A stretch of DNA of 63,882 nt, the filler included, from Octopus bimaculoides (lineage: Eukaryota): the NCBI RefSeq assembly GCF_001194135.2. It is 6 parts of 5 records of this genome, joined end to end, with 100 filler letters (N's around TTAATTAATTAA, not from the genome) between each part and the next. Parts side by side here need not be neighbours in the genome. Positions count along the whole stretch, not along the records: positions 39,675 to 59,806 come from NC_068986.1; positions 59,907 to 62,628 come from NC_068985.1; positions 62,729 to 63,882 come from NC_069006.1; 3 more parts are not named here. One strand, written 5' to 3'. The position numbers were made by a program, and so were the translations under genes. Shown piece by piece: positions 52,801 to 63,882 of the stretch; positions within the stretch are counted from its first letter, which is position 1; every line of letters starts with the position of its first letter. The notes below the pieces were generated by a model. It made no database searches. It was not told where the DNA came from and was given only the letters and a program-made list of their open reading frames with translations.

Positions 52801-52941
52801 CTTTTTCGTTTTTATATAAGTACAGTATATTTTCTTTTTAAACTAGACTACTCATATCAACAAAAATGCCAATGGTTTTATTAATGATAGAAGATGGTAC
52901 ACAATGAAAAAAACCATTGGTAAATGTTAGCAATATAGTAT

Positions 52942-53000
<59 letters not shown>

Positions 53001-53002
53001 GA

Positions 53003-53491
53003 TTTCTACGAGGTACAGAGTTTGAAATATTTCCAAAGGAATTTTTGTCCATTCTTCAGCTAAATCAGTCTCCAGTTCTTGTAGTGATGATGGTGGAGGA
53101 TATCGACTCCTTACTTGTTTTTCTAAAATGCACCATAAATGTTCAACAGTATTGACATCTGGGAACTGTGGTGACCAGATAAGATGTTCAACTTCTCTAG
53201 AATGTTCCTCGTGCCATTCAGAAACAACGTTAGTTATGTGAATTGGTGCATTATCATCCAGAAAAATTGCTTTTGATCAGATAAAATGCTTACATAGTCT
53301 TGACTATTAATTCTGCCATGAAGCCAGTGGATTTCCAAAATATAGCCCCCACCCCAGATCATCACAGATCCTCCTCCATGTTTAACTGTTGGAAGAAAGC
53401 AGTCTGGGTCAAATGCTTCTTTTAGCTGTCTCCACACGTATAGGTAAAGGATGACTCGTCCGAGAAAATAACATTCTTCCACTGCTCTAGG
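53003..53491 (-). mobile_element. Tc1 transposase C-terminal fragment (same family as 35191-35770)
   Basis: LEQWKNVIFSDESSF, TVKHGGGSVMIWG, FLDDNAPIH, WSPQFPDVNTVEHLW. Confidence 0.88.
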
Positions 53492-54109
53492 NNNNNNNNN
53501 NNNNNNNNNNNNNNNNNNNNNNNNNNNNNNNNNNNNNNNNNNNNNNNNNNNNNNNNNNNNNNNNNNNNNNNNNNNNNNNNNNNNNNNNNNNATTTCAAAT
53601 TCAAAGCTTGTAATGTTTCACTAGTATTCAGTTGTAGCAAAGCCTAAAATCGAAACCTTACCTTTCTAGTAAGATATGCCCTGAATACCAACCAATCAGC
53701 TTGCAGAAATATCACCCATATTATATAATCTTGTATCCCATTCTTGTTGTTACCGAGTGTAGAGGAATTATAAAAGAGAAAGCATGCCAGAATCAGTGCA
53801 GAAGTTCGAGAAGATTTATGAAGATAGGATTTTTTGTCACTGTTCGACCTGTGTTTAAAACAATTACTTTGTTTTCAACGCACTTTTCTAAGCATATACC
53901 ATGAACACAATATCCTCACTTCTCACCACACAAATAAGTGGCCAGCCAATTCTTAGGAATAAATACATCAGATGCACATCGAATGCTCAAACAGATCAGT
54001 TTCATTGATTGTAGCCCAATCCTTGGTTAAACGAATCGTTAGCTATGATTAAACAGAGTATTTTTCCTGACATCCATGTGAAGCCAATCTTTTCTTTTTT
54101 TCATGTACA

Positions 54110-55488
54110 TCAATATATATAAAAGAGAAGATGTGTGTGTGTACGTGAATGTAGTTTATACGCGTCCACAAATTAGCACGCATGTCGCTCCAATTTTAGG
54201 AGGACATTGTTCATGACCCTACTTGCGTTTTTGTCAACTTTTTCTCTCAGAGGCACCTGCGTATAGCTGTAAAAATCGATAAACTTTTACCAATTTTGAA
54301 GTTTGTTGACATGGCGAAGTCAAATCTGTGCGTACGCGCGTGAAGGAGAGAGAGAAAGAAAGAAATAGTGTGTTTGTGACGGGGAGATACAAAGTGTTAG
54401 GTAGCGTCTAGCAAAAAAAAAAAAAAATGAAAAAGTAGGTAAGGCAGACAGAAATCAAAGCAAATTTTTCTAAGCAAGACAGAGTTTATTTTGCTAGCNN
54501 NNNNNNNNNNNNNNNNNNNNNNNNNNNNNNNNNNNNNNNNNNNNNNNNNNNNNNNNNNNNNNNNNNNNNNNNNNNNNNNNNNNNNNNNNNNNNNNNNNNN
54601 NNNNNNNNNNNNNNNNNNNNNNNNNNNNNNNNNNNNNNNNNNNNNNNNNNNNNNNNNNNNNNNNNNNNNNNNNNNNNNNNNNNNNNNNNNNNNNNNNNNN
54701 NNNNNNNNNNNNNNNNNNNNNNNNNNNNNNNNNNNNNNNNNNNNNNNNNNNNNNNNNNNNNNNNNNNNNNNNTGAAAGACGCTATATTCTATAATGAGAT
54801 TATATATACTTTCTCACACAACAATTCAAATATATTTATTTTAAATCATTTATTTGTTTTAAATTGTTCATCTTTCTCCCACCTCTCACTCTCACACACA
54901 TGCACATATACTACTTTGGGAGCGAAAGAGTTTTGTTTATATTTCACAACAACTATGAAACAAAAATGTAACAATTTGTCAACCCCCCGCACCCGTTTTT
55001 CAGACCACAGATTAACACCCGCACGATTTCCACTAGGGTGTTACGGTTAGGGTTTTAGGGTTAGGATTAGGGTTAGGGTTAAGGTTAGTGTTAGGGTTAG
55101 GGTTGGTGTTAGGGTTAGGGTTAGGGTTTAGGGTTAGAGTTAACCTAGAAGCGACAGGCCCCTTATTTTTTCGTTAAGGCTGTTGGTAAGTTTTCCTAAG
55201 TTACTCCAATTCACATCCCCAATGCAAACCTTCAGATCAACCTTTTCCTATGCAGATCTCTAATGCAACTTAAAAAAAAAAAAACAGTCAATGAGTGGAA
55301 ATAACCAATAAACTGATTCCTTATGGGATTTCCCAATCAAATTGCCAGCAAACCATTTTCAGCCAAACCAATTTCAACAGATTTCGCTCAAATCTGATGT
55401 CCATGTTACTTATTTTGGTTTGAAATAAAGTACTTGATCACTTAATAATCCTAGCTTAATCCCGAGCAGCGCCGGGCTATACTGCTAG
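54110..55488 (+). mobile_element. Non-autonomous Helitron
   Basis: Starts A|TC, ends CCCGAGCAGCGCCGGG hairpin...CTAG|T; no TSD; the rejoined flanks align to the uninterrupted copy A at ~52250-52310. Confidence 0.85.
55033..55142 (+). repeat. Degenerate interstitial (TTAGGG)n array
   Basis: Direct reading; perfect and variant TTAGGG hexamers over ~110 bp. Confidence 0.9.
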
Positions 55489-55565
55489 TAAGAACTATAT
55501 TTGCACACCACAATATACTACTGGCATGCCACTACATAATTATGTAAATATTGTGATATACTTCT

Positions 55566-56074
55566 TGCGAAGACTTATTGGGGCAAGCGAAAGTGAAATC
55601 AGTATAGCACCTGTGCCCAGCATTGCCTTTCTAGCATTTGTGCCCGTGACATGTGTAAGGATTTTCGAGCGAGATTGTTGCCAGTGCCCCCCCCCAGACT
55701 GGCTCTTGCGTGTGGCACGTAAAATACACCATTTTGAGCGTGGCCATCGCCAGTACCGCCTGACTGGCCTTTGTAGGATTTTCGAGCGAGATCGTTGCCA
55801 GTGCCCCTGGACTGGCTCTTGTGTGGGTGGCACGTAAAATACACCATTTTGAGCGTGGCCGTTGCCAGTACCGCCTGACTGGCCTTCGTGCGGGTGACAC
55901 GTAAAAGCACCCACTACACTCTCGGAGTGGTTGGCGTTAGGAAGGGCATCCAGCTGTAGAAACTCTGCCAAATCAGATTGGAGCCTGGTGTTGCCATCCG
56001 GTTTCACCAGTCCTCAGTCAAATCGTCCAACCCATGCTAGCATGGAAAGCGGACGTTAAACAATGATGATGATG
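55566..56074 (+). mobile_element. 5'-truncated RTE 3' UTR insertion with (GAT)n tail and a 6-bp TSD
   Basis: ACTTCT at 55560-55565 and 56075-56080; internal ~118-bp tandem duplication; absent from copy A. Confidence 0.85.
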
Positions 56075-56312
56075 ACTTCTGTAAAAAATAAGTATTATTT
56101 GAACAACGTTGGAATTGGTTTTATTATGAGACAGCATGCTGTCTTAACATCATTGCAGTGTATCAAAACCCATTCAACCAATCTACACAATGTTTTGATA
56201 ATTGCTCATCCAGAGTTGTAAATAAACAAATAACTAGCTAAATAAATAAATGCTGAATTTAACATTCAAGAAATTTCAATTATCCATTGTTGTAGCTAAG
56301 AAAGTAACTTAC

Positions 56313-56381
56313 CATGAAATATCCAGTATACATACAGCAAGATACAAATTGCAATTAAGGTTTTTATTTTAAGGTACATCT
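56313..56381 (-). CDS. 69-nt exon B encoding a paralogous signal anchor, MYLKIKTLIAICILLYVYWIFH (ATG at 56379)
   Basis: Acceptor ATTTTGCTTTATTTTATATTTTTTGACAG and consensus donor G|GTAAGT; same length and phase as exon A; no indels or stops. Confidence 0.72.
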
Positions 56382-57652
56382 CTGTCAAAAAATATAAAAT
56401 AAAGCAAAATCTTTAAAACAATATAGAAATTAGAAAGATTAAAATGTAAAATTTAAAGTTGTTGTGTCCGTGACACATGTTATATTACATATCAATTTAT
56501 GAATTTGTACCTAAGTAAAAAGAAAAAAGCAGTTTGATGGGCCTGTGTAGTATGGTCATAACATGGAAACAGAGCCAACATGCTACCATACAGTATTTGA
56601 CATACCATAAAGAGGTGCATACTATCTGATTTTAGAGGAATATGTGCATTTTTAAACAGTCAAAATGTTTAGTGGAAGAGTGTAGGTTGGAGACAGTGGA
56701 TTGTAAAGTGTACTTTAAAGATTTGTTGCAGCTTTTAGTAGAAAAGGTTAAGTGGTATATGATAACAACATATGAACAGTGGTTGGATGAGAAGAATTTT
56801 ACTGCGATTGGATGGATTATCTTACAAGTTTAATTTCAGTAAGTCAGATGTACAGCAAAACTGACAGCAGATTAGAACCATGTCTAATTATGTAAGCCAG
56901 GGTGTCATGGTGCTTCTGGACAACGATGCACATAAAGGGGATTTTTTGGTAATACTAAGTCTTTAAATCTGCTAAATGTGCAGTTCTCACTTGTATACTC
57001 AGAATAGCACAAGCTTGTGCAATTTGTGGAATATCTTTTGAGAACATACACCACATTGCTTAAAACAATCTAAAGAGTTTTGATTGTAAGTCTGGCTTCA
57101 GTTGGTTGTCAATCAAGTTTGATGAATCTAAAGTTTTCAGCAGACTCAGATATCATTATATGATTGTTGTCTTAAATGCAACAGTTATCAGATACAAGAT
57201 CACTTTCTAATACAACAGCATCTGTCCATGGGTCAAATAAATGACCACATATTGGAAATATTTGAAATCAATCACTCCATTAAATCCTCAGATCCTTTTA
57301 GATATCCCTTACTGCATTCAGTTCTTTCCCAGCAACCATCTGTATGGCAGCGCGTAGTTCGTTATAGCTCCATTCACGTGAGGTACATTACCTCTGGAGA
57401 TAATGGGTGAAGTTAGAGCAAAACAAGAATCTGCTGTGAGCTGCCAGTTTGTAGTGTTGCTCAGCGTGAGTGTGAACGCAAAAGAGAAAATCACCTTAAT
57501 ACACCTCCTTGAATAGATGTTGCCCACGAGAGCCTCGCCGTGGTCTTGCACATGGCAAACATGTTTGTAGGCGAGATCTCACTCTTGTCTTGGTCATGGT
57601 AATGGCTGCCAGCGAGATCTCGCACCAAATAACGCTGGCTTCTTGTGTCACG

Positions 57653-58066
57653 CTACAAACTCATGGGGTTCAGCACATGATACACAAGCAATGGTTTTAG
57701 CTTGCAATCGGCTGCACAGTTGCCTCCAAACATTAAGGTCAAACACTCTTTTGATACTATGTAGCCAGGAATTCTTTTCTCTTCCTTGGATATGAAAGAA
57801 CAATCTGGTAATTTCTTCCAGTAGATACCGGTCTTATCAACATCGAATATTTGTTCAGATAGAAATCCATTATCTTCAATAATCTTTGCTAATGTTGTAG
57901 GAAATTCCGCTGCAGCAACTTCGTCAGCTGATGTGCTTTCACCTTTTTTTAATTTCTCATCTGGATATTTCTTTTTCAAATCTTCAAACAAAGATAATGC
58001 TTTCTCCTGAATTATTTCCTGACTACAGTTTGCTTGCTGACGATTCTGTCTTTCAACCCAGGTCAA
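57653..58066 (-). mobile_element. pogo/Tigger transposase fragment (CENP-B HTH into DDE_1, internally deleted)
   Basis: IIQEKALSLFEDLKK, GESTSADEVAAAEFP..LAKII, QIFDVDKTGIYWKKLP, RIPGY..SKECLTLMFGGNCAADCKLKPLLVY. Confidence 0.88.
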
Positions 58067-59945
58067 ATCAAAAACAGGAAGAGAAAAATAAGAGCGTGAG
58101 GGGGAGAGACAATAAACAAGTGAAGATAGAGAAGGTGTGTTGGCTAGTGGTCAGGATAAAATGATAGATGTGTATAGCGATGTGTGTGCGTGCGTGCGTG
58201 TGTGTTTGTGTGTGAAAATATGAATGTATATAAAGATAAAGAGATTGAAGAAAGAAGTTATTGTCTCTAGGTCAAATTCTTTCTTTCAATGCATGACTAA
58301 GCAATAACCTTGGCTTTTCCACTTGCAGTTAAAAGTACACACACACACACACACACGTGCGCGCGCTACTTCTAAACTTAGTTATTTCTGTGAGGCATTG
58401 AAAACTGGTCATATTTTATGAATCAAGAAATTAAAGAATATGTTCCAAAATTTAAATTTTGAATTTAGTTTAATTNNNNNNNNNNNNNNNNNNNNNNNNN
58501 NNNNNNNNNNNNNNNNNNNNNNNNNNNNNNNNNNNNNNNNNNNNNNNNNNNNNNNNNNNNNNNNNNNNNNNNNNNNNNNNNNNNNNNNNNNNNNNNNNNN
58601 NNNNNNNNNNNNNNNNNNNNNNNNNNNNNNNNNNNNNNNNNNNNNNNNNNNNNNNNNNNNNNNNNNNNNNNNNNNNNNNNNNNNNNNNNNNNNNNNNNNN
58701 NNNNNNNNNNNNNNNNNNNNNNNNNNNNNNNNNNNNNNNNNNNNNNNNNNNNNNNNNNNNNNNNNNNNNNNNNNNNNNNNNNNNNNNNNNNNNNNNNNNN
58801 NNNNNNNNNNNNNNNNNNNNNNNNNNNNNNNNNNNNNNNNNNNNNNNNNNNNNNNNNNNNNNNNNNNNNNNNNNNNNNNNNNNNNNNNNNNNNNNNNNNN
58901 NNNNNNNNNNNNNNNNNNNNNNNNNNNNNNNNNNNNNNNNNNNNNNGTATATATGTATGTATGTATGTGTGTGTATAAGTCTGTGTGTCTGTGTTTGTCC
59001 CCCCAACATCGCTTGACAACTGGAGTCGATTTGCTCGACTAAAGGCGGTGCTCCAGCATGGCCGCAGTCAAATGACTGAAACAAGTAGAAGAGTAAAAGA
59101 GTAATATGTTGAAATGTTTTTCATGAAATCGAACCTTTTTTTCCTTATATTTTCCTTCGTCATTCTGTCAAACACTTGAAATTACTATATAAAAGTGGGC
59201 ATAATTAGTAACTGAGGCAAAACGAGTAATTTCCGATTTCTTATTTTCTCCCTACCAGTTGTCAACCATTACAACGCAAGTATTGTATTCCTATTTTGTA
59301 CCACTGCATCATCTTTGGGAGTAAAAATTGGTCAGTATAGCTTATGCAGTTGTTGAAGTTGTGAAAGTTTGAAACATCAGTGACAGCTATTTTTTTTTTT
59401 AAGAAATTTTTCCTCAACTTTGACCTGATTCTAATTGGGACAGCTAATAAAATACACGGGTATACCCGCATACACACCCACACACACAGGCGCGTGCACA
59501 ACACGCTCGCACCCATACGCACGCGCGCAAAAAAGGTCCATACACACGTCAAAATATGCACATGCTCAAGAAGAAAACAGGGTTAAAAGCAAAATACATA
59601 AAAAGTGTGAAAAAGCTATAAGGGCAAAATGCATCTATATGCGCATATCCTCGCATGCATGCACATACATCTATATATGCACGTACCCGCACACATCCAC
59701 ACGCACGCACATAAGGTTCCCTGTACGTGTCTATAGACGCACAGGAAAAAAGCAGGGTGGAAGGGAGAATACAGAAAAAATATGTGTGAAAAATATACAA
59801 AATATTNNNNNNNNNNNNNNNNNNNNNNNNNNNNNNNNNNNNNNNNNNNNTTAATTAATTAANNNNNNNNNNNNNNNNNNNNNNNNNNNNNNNNNNNNNN
59901 NNNNNNATAAATACCAGGCTTAGAAAAAAAGAAAATAAATAAATA

Positions 59946-59947
<2 letters not shown>

Positions 59948-59999
<52 letters not shown>

Positions 60000-60185
60000 C
60001 CTTTCTACTAAATACACAAGGCCTGCAGTTTAGGGGGGAGGCTAATTGAATACATTGACCCCAGTGTTTCACTGGTACTTAATTTATTGACCCTGAAAGG
60101 ACGAGAGGCAAAGTTGAACTCGACAGACGAAATACTGTTTGACATTTCGCCCCGCGTGCTAACGATTCTGCCAGCTCACCGCCTT
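59948..60185 (-). mobile_element. Deu/Nin-core SINE with (TTA)n tail
   Basis: Reverse complement starts AAGGCGGTGAGCTGGCAGAATCGTTAGCACGCGGGGCGAAATG, like 21953; core TTTGCCTCTCGTCCTTTCAGGGTCAATAAATTAAGTACCAG. Confidence 0.8.
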
Positions 60186-60189
60186 AATA

Positions 60190-61215
60190 ATGTTAATAAT
60201 AATGCTTTCATTTATTTGCCATCAGGGTGACGGATGAGGGGGGACAATACAAAGACAAATATAAACTGTTGGGGCTTACATATAATGAAATGATACAAAA
60301 GAAAGAAAAAAGGTAAGTATACACAGTATACAATGTACAGGAAGGGACATATACGTAGTATACAAAGGTAAAAAAACAAAAAAGGATGGGGGCGGGAGGA
60401 TGATAGAGATGTAGCCCTCCTGATACAGGATGACCACTTGAGATAATCGAGGAACCCCTTTGTCCAAGATTCCCCTGAACACCAAGAACATGTACCCTCC
60501 CCAATTCCTTCTCTACAACTCACAGGTCTACACTGAGAGCGATACCATCCACTCCATTTTTGAAACTTTCACTTATCTTTCAATAAACTTACTCAAGGAC
60601 AGTACTTCCCTCTCCACTCTCAATTTTCTTTTCAAGTGAAACTTGAAGAAGTCAATGAAAGCTCTACCAGAGAGGAATGTATCTATCCTCATGCATTTCA
60701 GCCTTGTCCACCGAACAACCTCTTTTGCCACTGTCACCAGGCAAAAGAAAACTGTGTTGCCTGTCTAACTGAAGGAGGGCGGCAGGTCAATCATCACTAC
60801 AGACACAGCCAATAGATGGATCTGTCCCACACGTGACAACAGCTGTTCGATATAACCACACAAGTCAGCAATGCCCAGACACTGAATGAGTGTATGCATA
60901 ACAGTTTTGTCACTCTGCGCACACCTTGAACAAGCCTGTCTGACAACACATCCGTGTCTGTAGAGGTTGCCTCGAACTGGTTGTGCATCCTGGTAGCACT
61001 GCCAGGCCAAGGACATCTGGAAATTATCCATGATAGTTCTCGACCAGAAAATCCTCTGGAACAAACTAGCCAGTTCATTTTCATCAGAGCCCAGTCTCCC
61101 TCGTGAACGATGTTGCACTTCCTTGCAACTAGTCCTCTATAAATTTCTAAAGCGAAACATCCACCAATCCCATTCCCCACTGGTGGAGGGCTGTGAGCAC
61201 CTGATGACATTCTAG
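60190..61215 (-). mobile_element. Tx1/L1-clade LINE 3' end (zf-RVT region, ORF end, 3' UTR)
   Basis: SLAWQCYQDAQPVRGNL...CSRCAQSDKTVMHTLIQC CCHC motif; T-rich UTR with AATAAA at 60211-60216 (minus strand) and a (TTA)-like tail. Confidence 0.75.
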
Positions 61216-61227
61216 GTAATAATAATC

Positions 61228-62628
61228 ACCATCATCATCATCATCATTGTTTAACGTCTGCTTTCCATGCTAGCATGGGTTGGACGATTTGACTAAGGAC
61301 TGGTGAAACCGGATGGCAACACCAGGCTCCAATCTGATTTGTCAGAGTTTCTACAGCTAGATGCCCTTCCTAACGCCAACCACTCAGAGAGTGTAGTGGG
61401 TGCTTTTACGTGTCACCCACACGAAGGCCAGTCAGGCGGTACTGGCAACGGCCACGCTCAAAATGGTGTATTTTATGTGCCACCAGCACAAGAGCCAGTC
61501 CAGGGGCACTGGCAAAGATCTCGCTCGAAAATCCTTATACATGNNNNNNNNNNNNNNNNNNNNNNNNNNNNNNNNNNNNNNNNNNNNNNNNNNNNNNNNN
61601 NNNNNNNNNNNNNNNNNNNNNNNNNNNNNNNNNNNNNNNNNNNNNNNNNNNNNNNNNNNNNNNNNNNNNNNNNNNNNNNNNNNNNNNNNNNNNNNNNNNN
61701 NNNNNNNNNNNNNNNNNNNNNNNNNNNNNNNNNNNNNNNNNNNNNNNNNNNNNNNNNNNNNNNNNNNNNNNNNNNNNNNNNNNNNNNNNNNNNNNNNNNN
61801 NNNNNNNNNNNNNNNNNNNNNNNNNNNNNNNNNNNNNNNNNNNNNNNNNNNNNNNNNNNNNNNNNNNNNNNNNNNNNNNNNNNNNNNNNNNNNNNNNNNN
61901 NNNNNNNNNNNNNNNNNNNNNNNNNNNNNNNNNNNNNNNNNNNNNNNNNNNNNNNNNNNNNNNNNNNNNNNNNNNNNNNNNNNNNNNNNNNNNNNNNNNN
62001 NNNNNNNNNNNNNNATTTCCAAAGGTCTCGGTCAGAAGTCATCGCCTCGGTGATGCCCAATGTTCGAAGGTCTTGCCTCACCACCTCAGCCCAGGTCTTC
62101 CTGGGCCTACCTCTTCCACGGATTCCATCAACTGTTAGGGTGTGGCACTTTTTCACGCAGCTATCCTTGTCCATTCTCACCACATGACCATACCAGCGCA
62201 ATCGTCTCTCTTGCACACCACAACTGATGCTTCTTATGTTCAGCTTTTCTCTCAAGAAACTTACACTCTGTTGAGTATGCACACTGACATTACTCATCCA
62301 TGTCCTCAGCAGTCACAGCCCATGTTTCACTGCCATGTAGCATGGCTGTTCGTACACATACGTCATACAGTCTGCCTTTTACTCTGAGTGAGAGTCCCTT
62401 TGTCGCTAGCAGAGGTAAGAGCTCTCTGAACTTCGCCCAAGCTATTCTTATTCTAGCAGCTACACTTTCAGTGCACCCACCCCCACTACTAACTTGGTCA
62501 CCCAGATAGCAGAAGCTATCAACTACCTCTAGTTTTTCTCCCTGGAGTGAGACAGAAGTTGTTTCCTGTTTGTTTACAGTGTTTATTGCACCTGAACATC
62601 TGCCACATACAAAAACTAACTTCCTAGT
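61228..62628 (-). mobile_element. RTE-type LINE 3' portion with UTR and (GAT)n tail
   Basis: LRVKGRLYDVCVRTAMLHGSETW, RRLRWYGHVVRM, RGRGRPRKTW; UTR shared with 55566-56074; cut off at the spacer at 62629. Confidence 0.9.
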
Positions 62629-62775
62629 NNNNNNNNNNNNNNNNNNNNNNNNNNNNNNNNNNNNNNNNNNNNTTAATTAATTAANNNNNNNNNNNNNNNN
62701 NNNNNNNNNNNNNNNNNNNNNNNNNNNNATATCTTATAATAATTCTGCTTGTCATTGCATTACTTAGCCAGTCGG

Positions 62776-63020
62776 TGACGCTTTCGTGTGATTAGAGAAA
62801 AAAAGAGGGAGAAAGAAAAAGTAAGAGGGAGAAAAAGCGGGAGGGAGAAAAAGAGGGAGAGAGAAAAAGAGGGAGAGAGAAGCGTCCATGACATGAGGTA
62901 GAGGGAATGTAATTGTAACGCTTTCACGTGATCAGTTGAAGGGAAAGAGAGGAGACAGATAAAGAGGATAAGGTGAAGAGCGTGGCAGAAAGATAGAGAA
63001 AGAAAAGGAGGGAGAGAGAA

Positions 63021-63053
<33 letters not shown>

Positions 63054-63150
63054 AGGAGAGAGACAGAAAGAGAGTGTGAGAGAGAGAGAGAGAGAGGGAG
63101 AGAGAGAGAGAGAAAAGCGTCCATGATGTGAGGTAAGGGAGACATAATAA
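62776..63150. repeat. Degenerate dimer of a purine-rich unit
   Basis: ACGCTTTC..GTGAT.AG and AGCGTCCATGA..TGAGGTA.AGGGA each occur twice around (GA)-rich fill. Confidence 0.6.
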
Positions 63151-63882
63151 TTTTAGCCGAAGGGTGATGTTATGGTGAAGTTAAAGAAAGGGAGGGAGAG
63201 AGAGATAATGTGGTGGTGGCGGTGATGGTGGTGGAAGTGGAGGTTGTGGCGGTGGAGATGGTGGTGGTGATTGGATTGGGAAAAGTGCATTGTTTTTTTA
63301 ATTGAACTAAGTTTTTTTATATCATCTATCACTTAACGCATGCGCATAAATTCAATTCCGTGAAATATTCATGCTTACTTACGAAGCAGATATATGCAAT
63401 TTAACTAAAGGTTGTATCATATGTGCGGGATATTTTTTTCTTTATGGGAAGAATGGAAAAATAAGAGTGAATATTTCTTTTAAGTGTGGGGTCTATTAAG
63501 TTTATAAAATTGTGCATAGAGTATATTAGGTGTATATATAAAGTGCATTAAATAATCATCGTATTCCAATTTCTTTCACTTTTCAATGATTAGCAGACGA
63601 GCGACAATCATTTGATACAGACACAACACACAGTCTACGCTTTCCGGTTTTTTGGATAACGTTTTCAGAAATAACCCAATAAGTTTACTATTAATTCTGT
63701 GAAATATTCACGGGTCCCACTTGTAATATATAAATAAATAAATCGCAAGATGCCCCAAGTCGCAATACTCTATCATACAGTAACCACCATCCACACCATT
63801 CGTTGATGCTGCACCAATCATCCCCTCTCTTGAGCCAGATGTAACCGTTACTTCCTCAGCTGTTTCCTGGCAACACGTTTTC

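Larger units (their letters stand above)
53592..56570. repeat. Segmental duplication copy B, expanded by two transposon insertions
   Basis: Colinear with 51794-52800 once 54110-55488 and 55566-56074 are removed. Confidence 0.88.

Noticed and set aside
55033-55142. True telomere or chromosome-fusion scar
   Set aside because: Short, degenerate, single orientation and inside a Helitron
63330-63660. Promoter-like motifs (GCATGCGCA, TTCCGG) at the window end
   Set aside because: Short motifs with no associated exon in view

Overview
Eukaryotic, AT-rich, microsatellite-dense animal DNA with many assembly gaps. The repeat families and the single-exon multi-C2H2 gene suggest a mollusc, probably a cephalopod such as octopus (inference, not a database match). 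Five identical 100-bp spacers (44 N + TTAATTAATTAA + 44 N) split the window into six blocks whose adjacency may be artificial. All convincing host genes lie in the block 39675-59806. They are (1) a 17-finger C2H2 zinc-finger CDS (42110-43627, +) and (2) a convergent GT31/beta-1,3-galactosyltransferase-like gene (-). I reconstruct the GT31 gene as a 69-nt signal-anchor exon (52563-52631) spliced in phase 1 to a ~1-kb stem/catalytic exon (50696-51720) that carries one in-frame TAA. The main finding is a second, paralogous 69-nt signal-anchor exon (56313-56381) with intact splice sites and a homologous intron, but no visible catalytic exon of its own. It is either a tandem paralog hidden in a 100-N gap or an alternative membrane-anchor cassette feeding one shared catalytic exon. 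The rest is transposon debris (RTE, Tx1/L1, Penelope and R4/Dong-like retroelements; tRNA-derived SINEs; Tc1, mariner, pogo/Tigger and Helitron) plus simple repeats. Most ORFs in the supplied track are artefacts of simple repeats or N-runs.
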